This document shows positions 7,164 to 17,100 of a stretch of 64,000 bases of DNA, in pieces; within the stretch, counting starts at the first letter, position 1; every line of letters starts with the position of its first letter. Origin of the DNA: a virus (lineage: Duplodnaviria > Caudoviricetes). The stretch spans positions 5,287 through 69,286 of the IMG/VR virus record IMGVR_UViG_3300033562_000573; one strand, given 5' to 3'. The position numbers and the translations under genes were made by a program. A model generated the notes under the pieces. That model worked only from the letters and a program-made list of their open reading frames with translations, was not told the DNA's origin and did not search any database.

Positions 7164-8420
7164 ATGAAATTTAGTATAATAACACCGACACATAATTTTA
7201 GATATATTAAAGAATTATATAATTCCATCATTGAACAAACTCATACCGATTGGGAATGGATATTATATGTGAATGGAAAAGCTATTCATGATAAATTACC
7301 TTCAGTTATACTTGAAGATGAACGAGTGAAAGTATACAAAGACATCTCAAAAAATAATAAAGTTGGCTATGTAAAAAATAAAGCATTCCATTTAGGCACT
7401 GGTGATATCCTAGTTGAAATGGATCATGATGATTTATTGGTTGAAACTTGCTTAGAAAAATTAAATAAAGTATATTCAGAAAATCCAGATGTAGGATTCG
7501 TGTATTCTGATGATGCAAAAATGCAAACAAATGCAGAATTTATACCATTTGGTTCTAGATTTGGATGGGAACCACCATATACATTTGAATATAAAGGCGT
7601 TAACTATCCAGTAATGGGTGGATTTGATGCTGATTCTGGGTCCATGTCATTTATATGGTATCAGCCAAATCATGTGAGAACATGGCGAAAAGAAATATAC
7701 ACTGATATAGGTGGACATGATATTAATTTTGATATTTTGGATGATCAAGATATTATATGTCGAACATATTTAAACACAAAATTTTATTTTATAAAAGAGC
7801 CATTATACATATATCGTGTAGACGGTAATAATACGTGTTACAAACCTGAAATAAATCAGAAAATACAAAACCTCACAGTGGAATTATTCCATAAGTATGC
7901 ATATCAGTTAGCAGAACGTGACGCTGATTTAAAAAATCTATTGAAAATTGATATAGGCGGTGGTATAAATCCAAGACCTGGTTATAAAACTCTTGATATG
8001 TATGACGCTGATTATATTTGTGATCTAAATGATGGTATTCCATTACCTGATAATTCAGTAGGTGTGATAAATGCAAGTCATGTTATTGAACATTTACATG
8101 ATAAACAAAAAACAATGGAAGAGATTTTCAGAGTATTGGTCGATGGAGGATGGGCATTCATCGAAGTTCCATCAACCGATGGAAGAGGTGCGTGGATGGA
8201 CCCAACTCATGTATCATACTGGAATCAGAATTCATTTTATTATTATACACGACAAGATCAAGCACAATATATCAGAAATGATAAAATAAAATTTCAAGAA
8301 TTTAGACTTGAAACTGCATTTCCATCTCAATGGTGGAAAGATAACAATATTCCAGTTGTATATGCATGGTTGCGTGTAATTAAAAGCAATAACCGCAGAC
8401 CAGGTACAAAATTCATTTAA
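7164..8420 (+). CDS. GT2 glycosyltransferase fused to a class I SAM-dependent methyltransferase domain
   Basis: FSIITPT...ILVEMDHDD (DxD); C-terminal DIGGG...ASHVIEHL...RVLVDGG. Confidence 0.8.
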   Translation: MKFSIITPTHNFRYIKELYNSIIEQTHTDWEWILYVNGKAIHDKLPSVILEDERVKVYKDISKNNKVGYVKNKAFHLGTGDILVEMDHDDLLVETCLEKLNKVYSENPDVGFVYSDDAKMQTNAEFIPFGSRFGWEPPYTFEYKGVNYPVMGGFDADSGSMSFIWYQPNHVRTWRKEIYTDIGGHDINFDILDDQDIICRTYLNTKFYFIKEPLYIYRVDGNNTCYKPEINQKIQNLTVELFHKYAYQLAERDADLKNLLKIDIGGGINPRPGYKTLDMYDADYICDLNDGIPLPDNSVGVINASHVIEHLHDKQKTMEEIFRVLVDGGWAFIEVPSTDGRGAWMDPTHVSYWNQNSFYYYTRQDQAQYIRNDKIKFQEFRLETAFPSQWWKDNNIPVVYAWLRVIKSNNRRPGTKFI

Positions 8421-8531
8421 AACCAAAAATAGTTTATAAAAAGCTAACATAATTTGCTAGATTTATTGAATAAATAAGTCTTATAAACAAACAGCACTTA
8501 TAGAAAAGATTAATAGGAGTAAAATATAAAA

Positions 8532-11102
8532 ATGTTACAAGAAATATCGAAAGAAGTATGGCACCACAATTATCAAGCACCAGGGGAAACCTCGGTTGAA
8601 GAAACATGGAAGCGTCAAGCAGTAACCGCAGCATCAATAGAAAAAGAAGATATAAGAAAATCAATTGAAAATGATTTCTATTGGTTATTGAATGATTTCA
8701 AGGGCATCGCTGGTGGAAGAATAACAGCTAATCTTGGTGTTAAAGGTCGTGAAGGTACTACCTTAATGAATTGTTTCGTGCATAATCCACGAGATTTGGG
8801 TTATAAAGATCCAGATAGCATCAATGGTATATATGATATGTTAAAGGCACAAGCACTAACATTAAAGTCTGAGGGTGGTTATGGGATGAATTTCTCATGG
8901 ATTCGTCCAGCAGGTATGTATGTTAGAGGTATTGATTCACGAACACCTGGTGTTGTACAGATGATGAGTTTGTGGAATCAAAGTTCTGCTGTTATTACAA
9001 TGGGAAGTGATAAAATTTTAGGTGAATCTTATTCTACTGAAAAGAAAAAGATTCGTAAGGGTGCTCAAATGGGTATTCTTGAAATTTGGCATCCTGAAAT
9101 TGAAAACTTTATTGATGCTAAGTTGGTACAAGGTCAATTAAATAAATTCAATATTTCAGTTGGTATCACCGATGGATTTATGGAAGCTGTTATTAATGAC
9201 GGTGATTGGGAATTGAAATTCCCTAATACCTCACATCCAGAATATTCAACTAAATGGTTTGGTAATATTTCTGAATGGGAAGAACAAGGATTGCCTGTTA
9301 CTGTGTATGCAGTAGTTAAGGCTAGAGATCTATGGGATAAGATCATGAAAGCAACATATACAAGAAATGATCCTGGTGTTCTTTTCTTGGATTTAGCAAA
9401 TAAATTGAATGCATTGTCATATTCCGAAAAGATTGCAACAACTAATCCATGTGGTGAAATTGCTATGTCCACTGGTGTATGTAATCTAATGTCATTGAAT
9501 CTTGTTAAGTATGTAATTAAAGATTCTAATGGTAAGTCAAAATTTGATTATGATACATTTAGAAAGGCAGTTGCCATTGCAGTTAGATTCTCCGATAACA
9601 TTAATGATATCAGCCGAGCACCACTTGAAGAATATAAAGACTCGATGGTTGATAAGAGACGTATTGGTATTGGTGTGTTATCATTAGGATCATTGCATTA
9701 TATTCTAGGAATTCGTTTTGGTTCACCTGAATCACTTGAATTAATTGAATCAATTATGAAATGCAAAGCCGAAAGTGAAATTCAAGCTAGTGCATTGCTA
9801 GGTGTAAAAAAGGGATCATTTAAATTATTCGATCAAGAAAAGTATTTCAATACTTACTGGTGGAAGACTTTAGATCTATCAGAAGAATTCAAAAAGAACA
9901 TTGAATCAATCGGTGCAATGAGAAATTCACATCGTAGTGCTAATGCCCCAACAGGTAACATGAGCATATACTGTGGAGTCGTTTCTGGTGGCATAGAACC
10001 TGTTTTCTTGCAAGAGTATGTACGTTGGGCTATCGTACCAGAACATGACCGTGCAGAGCTTAAAAAGCAGGGTTTAACATTCCCAGAAGCACCAAAGGGT
10101 GAATGGTTTGAAACTGATATTTTCAAGTTTACAAAGCGTGGAACTGACGATATCCTTAAAGGATCATTCAATGGTGTTGAATATGAAATTGATAGGGGTC
10201 GTGGTCTAGTTAAAGCATCCAATGTATCTGACTATGGTTGGTTGTATGCCAAGGAAAATTTCAGTGAAGTTGAATTAGCCGATATGACTGCAAGAGGTGT
10301 ATTCGCTACCACTGATAATTTAGGTGTTGATGACCACTTAAACACATTGAAAATCATTGCTAAATACACTGATATGTCTTCATCAAAGACTGTAAATCTA
10401 CCTGCTGATTATCCATATGAAGAGTTTAAAAATCTTTACTTAGATGCATGGAAATCAGGTATCAAGGGAATTACAACCTATCGTGATGGTACAATGACTG
10501 CTGTGTTGGAAAAGAAACAGGAAACCAGAGAACAACAAGCAGAATTGGAACATATATTTACTGGTGCTAAAGATGGTGTTATTTTGGAAGATGTTAAACT
10601 TCCAAATGAATGTCCTAGTAAGTTGTATGTAATCAAAGATAACAATAAAAAGAAATGGTATGTACATATTGCATTTGCTGACCAAGGATTAACTCGTCCA
10701 TGTGCACTTTTTGTTAATACCAATAGCAAAGAAAGTAATGAAGTTGCAGAAGAAACGATTGAATCATTGATGAAATTGGCAAAGAACAAAGGCATCAAGA
10801 AAAGTCTAATTGGTGATCAGTTGGAAAAATATCTTGGTCAAACCAATGTTACTAAGATTGCTCGTTCAATTGGATTCCTACTTCGCCACAACATTGCAAT
10901 TATTGATATAGTTGATGTATTGGATGAAGGCAAGTATCCATTATCATCATTTACATTCCATGTTAAGAGATTGATAAAACAATTTATTAAAGATGGTACA
11001 TCCGTAAGTGGAAAGAATGGAACCTGCCCTCAATGCGGTGGTACTATGATCTTCCAAGAGGGCTGTATCCTCTGTAAAGATTGTAGCTATTCAAAATGTT
11101 AA
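8532..11102 (+). CDS. nrdJ: Class II (adenosylcobalamin-dependent) ribonucleotide reductase
   Basis: TLMNCFV, TNPCGEI, APTG..GIEP, KGITTYRDG; C-terminal TSCPD-like domain and zinc ribbon; no small subunit nearby. Confidence 0.9.
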   Translation: MLQEISKEVWHHNYQAPGETSVEETWKRQAVTAASIEKEDIRKSIENDFYWLLNDFKGIAGGRITANLGVKGREGTTLMNCFVHNPRDLGYKDPDSINGIYDMLKAQALTLKSEGGYGMNFSWIRPAGMYVRGIDSRTPGVVQMMSLWNQSSAVITMGSDKILGESYSTEKKKIRKGAQMGILEIWHPEIENFIDAKLVQGQLNKFNISVGITDGFMEAVINDGDWELKFPNTSHPEYSTKWFGNISEWEEQGLPVTVYAVVKARDLWDKIMKATYTRNDPGVLFLDLANKLNALSYSEKIATTNPCGEIAMSTGVCNLMSLNLVKYVIKDSNGKSKFDYDTFRKAVAIAVRFSDNINDISRAPLEEYKDSMVDKRRIGIGVLSLGSLHYILGIRFGSPESLELIESIMKCKAESEIQASALLGVKKGSFKLFDQEKYFNTYWWKTLDLSEEFKKNIESIGAMRNSHRSANAPTGNMSIYCGVVSGGIEPVFLQEYVRWAIVPEHDRAELKKQGLTFPEAPKGEWFETDIFKFTKRGTDDILKGSFNGVEYEIDRGRGLVKASNVSDYGWLYAKENFSEVELADMTARGVFATTDNLGVDDHLNTLKIIAKYTDMSSSKTVNLPADYPYEEFKNLYLDAWKSGIKGITTYRDGTMTAVLEKKQETREQQAELEHIFTGAKDGVILEDVKLPNECPSKLYVIKDNNKKKWYVHIAFADQGLTRPCALFVNTNSKESNEVAEETIESLMKLAKNKGIKKSLIGDQLEKYLGQTNVTKIARSIGFLLRHNIAIIDIVDVLDEGKYPLSSFTFHVKRLIKQFIKDGTSVSGKNGTCPQCGGTMIFQEGCILCKDCSYSKC

Positions 11103-11172
11103 GCTAGTATAACAACAATCTCTACATTTATTTCATCCTCTTTTATAAACTATATAAAAGAGGATTTTTTAT

Positions 11173-11302
11173 ATGATTAATTGTAAACTATGTAATAAAG
11201 AATTTAAAACAAATGCTGGTGGTGATTTAACCAAGCATTTAGTAAATGACCATAACATATCATTAGCTGAATATGTTATAAAAACTGAATATAATGAAAT
11301 TA
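11173..11302 (+). pseudogene. Truncated zinc-finger (homing-endonuclease-like) N-terminus
   Basis: CKLC...KHL..DH; TATAAAC upstream; frame runs into a compositionally different segment at ~11303. Confidence 0.5.
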
Positions 11303-11412
11303 CTCATGTTGTCACCGTTAAAGTTTCGTTCTGTTTACCTAACGCCAAGTTTAACCGCAAGCTCCGCAATACTTTATGCACCTCGGAGCTTGTCGGTTAA
11401 ACGGTTGTTAGA

Positions 11413-11769
11413 CTACACCGTGTGTGTTCCCTCTACGCCTCGTGCCTTACGCTTGTTTGTACGGCGGTGCAACCAAAGCAAAGCCTCTTCTAGCTTCGTG
11501 ATTGCAATAGCATTTTCACGGCAGGAATAGGGGCTTGTTTGGAATCCCTCAAGTCGTGCCACCACGATATTGATTAGATCCTCATTGCAACATCCATTCA
11601 CGCCTGATTCAAGAATTGGACCTTCTTGCATATCGACCTTGGCAATTGTTTCACCATCAGATTTCCGCTTTACCTCAAAGTGATGCGGAGCATTAAATTT
11701 CGGTTCATCTTCATGGAAGATTTGGGTGTAGTTGTCGGTGTTCAAGTCGCTTACGGGAATCTGTTTCAT
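11413..11769 (-). CDS. tad1: Tad1-like anti-defence sponge protein
   Basis: DLINIVVARLEGFQTSPYSCRENAIAITKLEEALLWLHRR...RGVEGT matches my recollection of the Tad1 C-terminal half. Confidence 0.75.
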   Translation of the reverse strand: MKQIPVSDLNTDNYTQIFHEDEPKFNAPHHFEVKRKSDGETIAKVDMQEGPILESGVNGCCNEDLINIVVARLEGFQTSPYSCRENAIAITKLEEALLWLHRRTNKRKARGVEGTHTV

Positions 11770-11882
11770 GTGTTTTCCTTGTTTGTTGTTTTGGTCTTAC
11801 TCCGTACTCACGGATTAAGTTACTTGTGCTAGTCTAACGTCTAGGTTAGCTGCACTCACAGCTAGAGCCAATCGTGCTGAGA

Positions 11883-12233
11883 CTACTGTACACCGTCTGT
11901 TAGACGGAATTCTCGTATTGCCCTTTTTACCTCGGAAATAGGTGGTACATATGACCATAATCCGACGATATAGTAGAAATCACTCCACTCTGCCAGCCAT
12001 TCAATTTCAGGTAGCTTTCCCTCTTTGTGCTTTATCCCATAACAATCAAATTTACACAGGTCAACTACTCCAGCTACCATAGCCATATCCCAAATATCAA
12101 CGGCAACCACCGTGCAGATCTTTATCGCTTCGATATTGGTGTGCTTGGTTCCATCCCAGTTGCTTCTTGTTTGGTACGCCAGAATGTTTCCTGGTTTCAA
12201 TTCATTCCAGATATGTTCTAAAGTCTTTGGCAT
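11883..12233 (-). CDS. Hypothetical protein upstream of the tad1-like gene
   Basis: AAAGGA RBS; same GC-rich segment. Confidence 0.7.
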   Translation of the reverse strand: MPKTLEHIWNELKPGNILAYQTRSNWDGTKHTNIEAIKICTVVAVDIWDMAMVAGVVDLCKFDCYGIKHKEGKLPEIEWLAEWSDFYYIVGLWSYVPPISEVKRAIREFRLTDGVQ

Positions 12234-12342
12234 TTGGTTTCCTTTGTACCGTGCGGAGCATCCGTCTAACTATGCTTTAGACTGCATTTGAGTGAGATAT
12301 CAAGTTACGATATCACACAAATACAGTCATTTATTTGATATG

Positions 12343-12371
12343 AATATAGAATAATTTTATATAAATGTCAA
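12343..12371 (-). promoter_or_regulatory. sigma70-type promoter pointing into the tad1 segment
   Basis: TTGACA-N17-TATATT on the minus strand. Confidence 0.7.
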
Positions 12372-12480
12372 TGAAATAGTATGATTATACCGAATTTTCG
12401 GTTATATCAAGGTCATGATATCAAGGAATATTTAAAGTGTAATATCATGCATAAAAAAGCTAAAATATTAAATTCTTTCA

Positions 12481-12657
12481 TTATGTGCATTGTGATTTTG
12501 CCTTATCATTTACAATTTTTTCTTTCTGTAATTTCCAGCATGCTTTCGCCATAACATCTGTCTTGAAAGGACATTCGGTTGGTGGAACATCACCAATAGG
12601 TCTAAGTTCCAATATACATGGATGATTTATATAGCACACATTGCATTTATATCGCAT
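12481..12657 (-). CDS. Small Cys-rich hypothetical protein (58 aa)
   Basis: MRYKCNVC...; own TTGACA-N17-TATATT promoter and GGA RBS. Confidence 0.45.
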   Translation of the reverse strand: MRYKCNVCYINHPCILELRPIGDVPPTECPFKTDVMAKACWKLQKEKIVNDKAKSQCT

Positions 12658-12796
12658 ATTATCAGTTCCTTTTAGATTTAATTCTTATTTAATATAGAAT
12701 AATGGGTTTCTTTTGTCAATGAAAATATATAATGTCACTGTATTACCCTAAAAAAGCTAAAATATTAAACTTTTTTATTAAAATGATAAAAAGTTA

Positions 12797-12825
12797 TTGT
12801 CAAAGTGAATAAAAGTATCTATATT
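12797..12825 (+). promoter_or_regulatory. pncB promoter
   Basis: TTGTCA-N17-TATATT. Confidence 0.6.
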
Positions 12826-12853
12826 ACTAGTAACATTAACAAAAGGTGGTAAC

Positions 12854-14089
12854 ATGAGTGCTATTAATACCGAGGAAAATCTCAAAAACGTATATGTCAC
12901 CAAACCAAGGGAACGAATCATCCCTAGTTTGACTTATTGTGATTTTTACAAACTCACAATGCTTCAGTTTTTCTTTCATAAGTTCGCAACAGTCGAGGCA
13001 ACCTATGATTTGAAGGTTCGTTCTGATTTCGACTTTGCTCCACATATCGATGAAATCAATTATCAGATTGATTTGCTATGTGAATTGCGATTCACCGAAG
13101 ATGAATTGCAGAAGATGAGTGATATTCGTTTCTTCAAACCAACTTTCATTGAATTCCTTCGTGGATTTAGCATGAATCGTAAGTATATCCATGCTTATGT
13201 GGACGTTGATGGTAAATTTAAATGTTATTCTAAGGGTCCATTGACTCAAGCAAGTATGGCAGAAATCTATATTCTGACCATTCTCCAAGAAATTCGTAGC
13301 CGTGAAGTACTCACCAACGAAAATTTTGTTACTGGTGAAGAAATTCTCAGCAATAACATTAGTCAGATCAATGAATTTTCTAAGTACAAGCCTTTCAAGG
13401 TGTCTGACTTCTCTTGCCGCCGAGCTGCTTCTGTTCGTTGGTTGGATCATGTTATTAGCCGTTTGAACAAGGAAGTAAGTAATCGTAATTTCACTGGTAC
13501 TTCTTGTGTATACTATGCATTCAAGTACAATATTACTGCGATTGGTACTATGGCACATGAAGCAATGATGCTTGGTCAGGCTATGGTGCATCCATATGAT
13601 TCTCAAGAATTCATTCTTAATAAATGGACTGAAGAATATGAAGGTGATCTTGGTATTGCATTGGGTGATACTTTCGGTGCTGACTACTTCATTAAGAAAG
13701 TATTAAATAAGGGACTTGCATTGCAATTTACTGGTGTTCGTCATGACTCTGGTGATCCGTTCAAATTCGGTGATGATATCATTGACATGTATCGCAGATA
13801 TGGTATTAATGCAATGAATAAGACAATCGTATTCAGTGATGGTCTTACTGTTGAAAAGGCTTTTAAGTTGTGTGAATATTTCAATGGCTTGATTGATACG
13901 TCTTTCGGTATTGGAACTAACCTTGGAAATGCTATGGGGATTCCAGCTTTGCAGATTGTCATGAAGATGGTTGAAGCCAATGGAAAGTCCGTTGCCAAGG
14001 TTTCTGATACGGTTGGTAAGGGCATGTGCCGTGACATGGTTTATGAACAATTTGTCAAGAATCACATTGATACAGTGAACGCACAGTAA
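12854..14089 (+). CDS. pncB: Nicotinate phosphoribosyltransferase
   Basis: DFYKLTM, GTMAHE (phospho-His), RHDSGDP, VFSDGL, FGIGT, AKVSD. Confidence 0.92.
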   Translation: MSAINTEENLKNVYVTKPRERIIPSLTYCDFYKLTMLQFFFHKFATVEATYDLKVRSDFDFAPHIDEINYQIDLLCELRFTEDELQKMSDIRFFKPTFIEFLRGFSMNRKYIHAYVDVDGKFKCYSKGPLTQASMAEIYILTILQEIRSREVLTNENFVTGEEILSNNISQINEFSKYKPFKVSDFSCRRAASVRWLDHVISRLNKEVSNRNFTGTSCVYYAFKYNITAIGTMAHEAMMLGQAMVHPYDSQEFILNKWTEEYEGDLGIALGDTFGADYFIKKVLNKGLALQFTGVRHDSGDPFKFGDDIIDMYRRYGINAMNKTIVFSDGLTVEKAFKLCEYFNGLIDTSFGIGTNLGNAMGIPALQIVMKMVEANGKSVAKVSDTVGKGMCRDMVYEQFVKNHIDTVNAQ

Positions 14090-14129
14090 GCATTACTTAT
14101 GATTGTCAATGGGAATATTAAAATTTCCA

Positions 14130-14158
14130 TTGACAATCGTTTTATATATTTCTATATT
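14130..14158 (+). promoter_or_regulatory. nadE promoter within a 12-bp inverted repeat
   Basis: TTGACA-N17-TATATT. Confidence 0.7.
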
Positions 14159-14187
14159 AGATGAAAGAACAAACATGAGGTTTTATT

Positions 14188-16092
14188 ATGGATATCAGTA
14201 AAGGTGTTAAGATTCGATTGGTTCAAATGGAAATTACCTCAGCCAATCCACGCAAGAATTTTGATGAATGCAAGCGTTATGTTGATGAAGCAAAACGTGA
14301 TGGTATTCAAGTTGTCGTATTCCCAGAATTGTGTATCTCTGGTTATCTGATCGGTGATATGTGGGAAGAACTTTCTTTCCTTGAAGATTGTGAATACTAC
14401 GGTGAAATGCTTGCAAAGGAATCCACCGCAACTGCCATTGTATTTGGTAATGTCTTTGTTGATCGTAACCTTCATGGAACCGATGGTCGTGTTGTAAAAT
14501 TGAATGGTGCGTTTGTTGCACAGTATGGAACATTTGTAAAAAATCGATTTACTAACCTAAGTGTATACCCAAAGACCCTGCTACCAAACTATCGTGAATT
14601 TGAAGAACCTCGCCACTTCAAGGATTGTAAGTGGTATGCAGAAGCCACCGGAATTAATTTTAATCAGTTCTTCCAACCATATGAATTGTTTGATAATATG
14701 GTTGGTATTACTATCTGCGAAGATGCTTGGGATCGTGACTATAAGGATAAGCCTGTAAAAAAGGTTATTGCATGTGGTGCTGATATTGTTCTGAATCTTA
14801 GCTGTTCTCCATTTACTTTGAACAAGAATGTTTCTAGAGATCGTGTGTTTTCTGCGCATGCTAAAGATAATGAAGTTCCTCTTTGTTATGTTAATTCGAT
14901 TGGATTGCAAAACAATGGAAAGACATTGTTTGCCTTTGATGGTTCTACCGTTGCATACAACAGTACTGGTAATACAATTACCAGTACTGTTGATATGTTT
15001 ACATTAGGAACTACCGATGTAATGTTGTATAACGGTGATTTGTATCCTATTGGTGGAATTAATTACAATGAACCATCTGAAATTCAACAGGCATATGAAG
15101 CAATCATTTATGGTATTCGTAAGTACATGGAAATGTCTGGTTTGAAGAAGGTTGTAATTGGTTCTTCTGGTGGTGTTGATAGTGCAGTTAGCGCAGCCTT
15201 GTATGTTGATGCAATTGGTGCTGAAAATGTGTACCTTGTCAATATGCCAAGTCGTTTCAATTCTGCTACCACCAAGGGATTGTCTCAACAGCTTTCCGAT
15301 AATCTTGGCACTCCATACACTGTTGTTCCTATTGGTGACTCGGTTGATTTGACTAAGGCACAGATTGATGCTGTTAAGTTTAGTGATGTGAATGGCACAA
15401 GCTATCCAGATGTTAAGTTGTCTGCATTCAATCTTGAAAATGTACAGGCTCGTGATCGTTCTGCTCGTGTGTTGTCTGCAATTGCATCGGCTATCGGTGC
15501 AGTATTCACCAACAATGGCAACAAGACCGAAACTACAGTTGGGTACGCTACCCTTTATGGTGATGTTGCTGGCTTCATGGCTACCATTGCAGACTTGTGG
15601 AAGACTCAAGTTTATGCTCTTGGTGCATACATTAATGAACGTCATGGTAAGGAAGTTATTCCTACTGGTATCTTCACAATCGTTGCAAGTGCCGAACTTT
15701 CTAACGATCAAAACGTGGATGAAGGTAAGGGTGATCCGATTGTATATTGGTATCATGATTTCCTCTATCGTGCTTGGGTAGAAAAGTGGGATCGTGCAAC
15801 TCCAACCGAAATCATGGATCATTATGTTCAGGGTGATCTATTCAAATTCCTTGGTATTGATAAGGATGAAAAAGAAATTCATATCTTATTCCCTACTGCA
15901 CAGGAATTTGTATCTGACCTTGAACGTTGGTGGAAGCTATTCAAAGGCATGGCTGTGGCAAAGCGTGTACAAGCACCACCTGTACTTGCATTGACTCGTC
16001 GAGCATATGGATTTGATTATCGTGAAACGTTGAATGGTGTCTATTTTAGCAACAGATACCTGAAAATCAAAGAATTTCTTGGGGTAAAGTAA
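14188..16092 (+). CDS. nadE: Glutamine-dependent NAD+ synthetase
   Basis: Nitrilase domain (FPEL, PNYREFEE, ICEDAW) + synthetase domain (SGGVDS, ENVQARDR, NKTE, GYATLYGD). Confidence 0.95.
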   Translation: MDISKGVKIRLVQMEITSANPRKNFDECKRYVDEAKRDGIQVVVFPELCISGYLIGDMWEELSFLEDCEYYGEMLAKESTATAIVFGNVFVDRNLHGTDGRVVKLNGAFVAQYGTFVKNRFTNLSVYPKTLLPNYREFEEPRHFKDCKWYAEATGINFNQFFQPYELFDNMVGITICEDAWDRDYKDKPVKKVIACGADIVLNLSCSPFTLNKNVSRDRVFSAHAKDNEVPLCYVNSIGLQNNGKTLFAFDGSTVAYNSTGNTITSTVDMFTLGTTDVMLYNGDLYPIGGINYNEPSEIQQAYEAIIYGIRKYMEMSGLKKVVIGSSGGVDSAVSAALYVDAIGAENVYLVNMPSRFNSATTKGLSQQLSDNLGTPYTVVPIGDSVDLTKAQIDAVKFSDVNGTSYPDVKLSAFNLENVQARDRSARVLSAIASAIGAVFTNNGNKTETTVGYATLYGDVAGFMATIADLWKTQVYALGAYINERHGKEVIPTGIFTIVASAELSNDQNVDEGKGDPIVYWYHDFLYRAWVEKWDRATPTEIMDHYVQGDLFKFLGIDKDEKEIHILFPTAQEFVSDLERWWKLFKGMAVAKRVQAPPVLALTRRAYGFDYRETLNGVYFSNRYLKIKEFLGVK

Positions 16093-16118
16093 TTTTTTAT
16101 CAAAAAGATAAAAACTTT

Positions 16119-16163
16119 TTGACAAATTGATAAAAATAAGCTATATTATTATCAGATTGATAA
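16119..16163 (+). promoter_or_regulatory. pncA promoter and palindromic operator candidate
   Basis: TTGACA-N17-TATATT, then TTATCA-GAT-TGATAA. Confidence 0.6.
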
Positions 16164-16179
16164 AAACACGGAGTACAAT

Positions 16180-17007
16180 ATGAATATTACAAAGAAACTT
16201 GCAAATTTACTTTTGGTAGACCCACAGAGATGCTTCACTCAGAAGAATGGTGCTCTCTATGTAACTAATGCCGAAAAGGACATGGAAACCATTGCTGGCT
16301 TGATTAAAAGCTATATTGCCAATATTGCTTCTATCGCCATCACTGGTGATTTCCATCCTTCTGTCATGATTTCGTTCCCTAATTATTGGGTAAACGAAAA
16401 GGGTGAAAATCCAAACCCCTTTACGGTTATTTCGGTAAATGATGTTGAAACTGGTGTATGGAAAACAGTTGATCCAGCAAATCAGGAATGGGCTTTATTT
16501 TATGTTCGTCAGCTTGATGAAAATAACAAGACTAAGGCTAACAATTTCTTCGATCTTCGTATTTGGCCTTACCATGCAATAGCAGGTACTGAAGGTGCAA
16601 ATTTTGATCCTATTATTTTGGATGCAGTTGCTCCATATATGGCAGATAAGGTTACTATTGTTATGAAGGGAATGAATCCGCATACTGAACAACAAGGGGC
16701 ATTAGAAGCAGATGTTCCAGTTCCTGGTGATGCACAAACCGCAAAGAATACCGAGTTAGTAAATTGGATTGATAATGCAATTGATAATGGTGGTGATATT
16801 ATTATTGGTGGTGAAAGTCAAGATATATGTTTAGCATATACTGTATATTCTATTTTGAATTATTTACCCCAACAATTTCATAATAGAATTGTGTTATTAT
16901 CTGATTGCATGTCGCCAATTTATCCAAAGAATGGTATTAAATTCTTTAATGATATGCGTGATATATATAATATTAGAATATGTACTACCGATACATATTG
17001 GAAATAA
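16180..17007 (+). CDS. pncA: Nicotinamidase (isochorismatase family)
   Basis: LLVDPQ..F, GDFH, WPYH, KG, GESQDIC (Asp-Lys-Cys triad pattern); NAD gene context. Confidence 0.8.
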   Translation: MNITKKLANLLLVDPQRCFTQKNGALYVTNAEKDMETIAGLIKSYIANIASIAITGDFHPSVMISFPNYWVNEKGENPNPFTVISVNDVETGVWKTVDPANQEWALFYVRQLDENNKTKANNFFDLRIWPYHAIAGTEGANFDPIILDAVAPYMADKVTIVMKGMNPHTEQQGALEADVPVPGDAQTAKNTELVNWIDNAIDNGGDIIIGGESQDICLAYTVYSILNYLPQQFHNRIVLLSDCMSPIYPKNGIKFFNDMRDIYNIRICTTDTYWK

Positions 17008-17100
17008 TATAAATTAATTATGAGGATAGAGATTGCAACTCGATAAGCATATAAACCTAATATGTTTCCTCTTATATTTAGGTATTTACTGAGGCGTAAA

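Noticed and set aside
8532-11102. Self-splicing intron or intein in nrdJ or thyA
   Set aside because: Both reading frames are continuous with expected motif spacing; the neighbouring endonucleases are free-standing.
11303-12300. Insertion sequence or transposon
   Set aside because: No transposase, terminal inverted repeats or target-site duplication could be identified.
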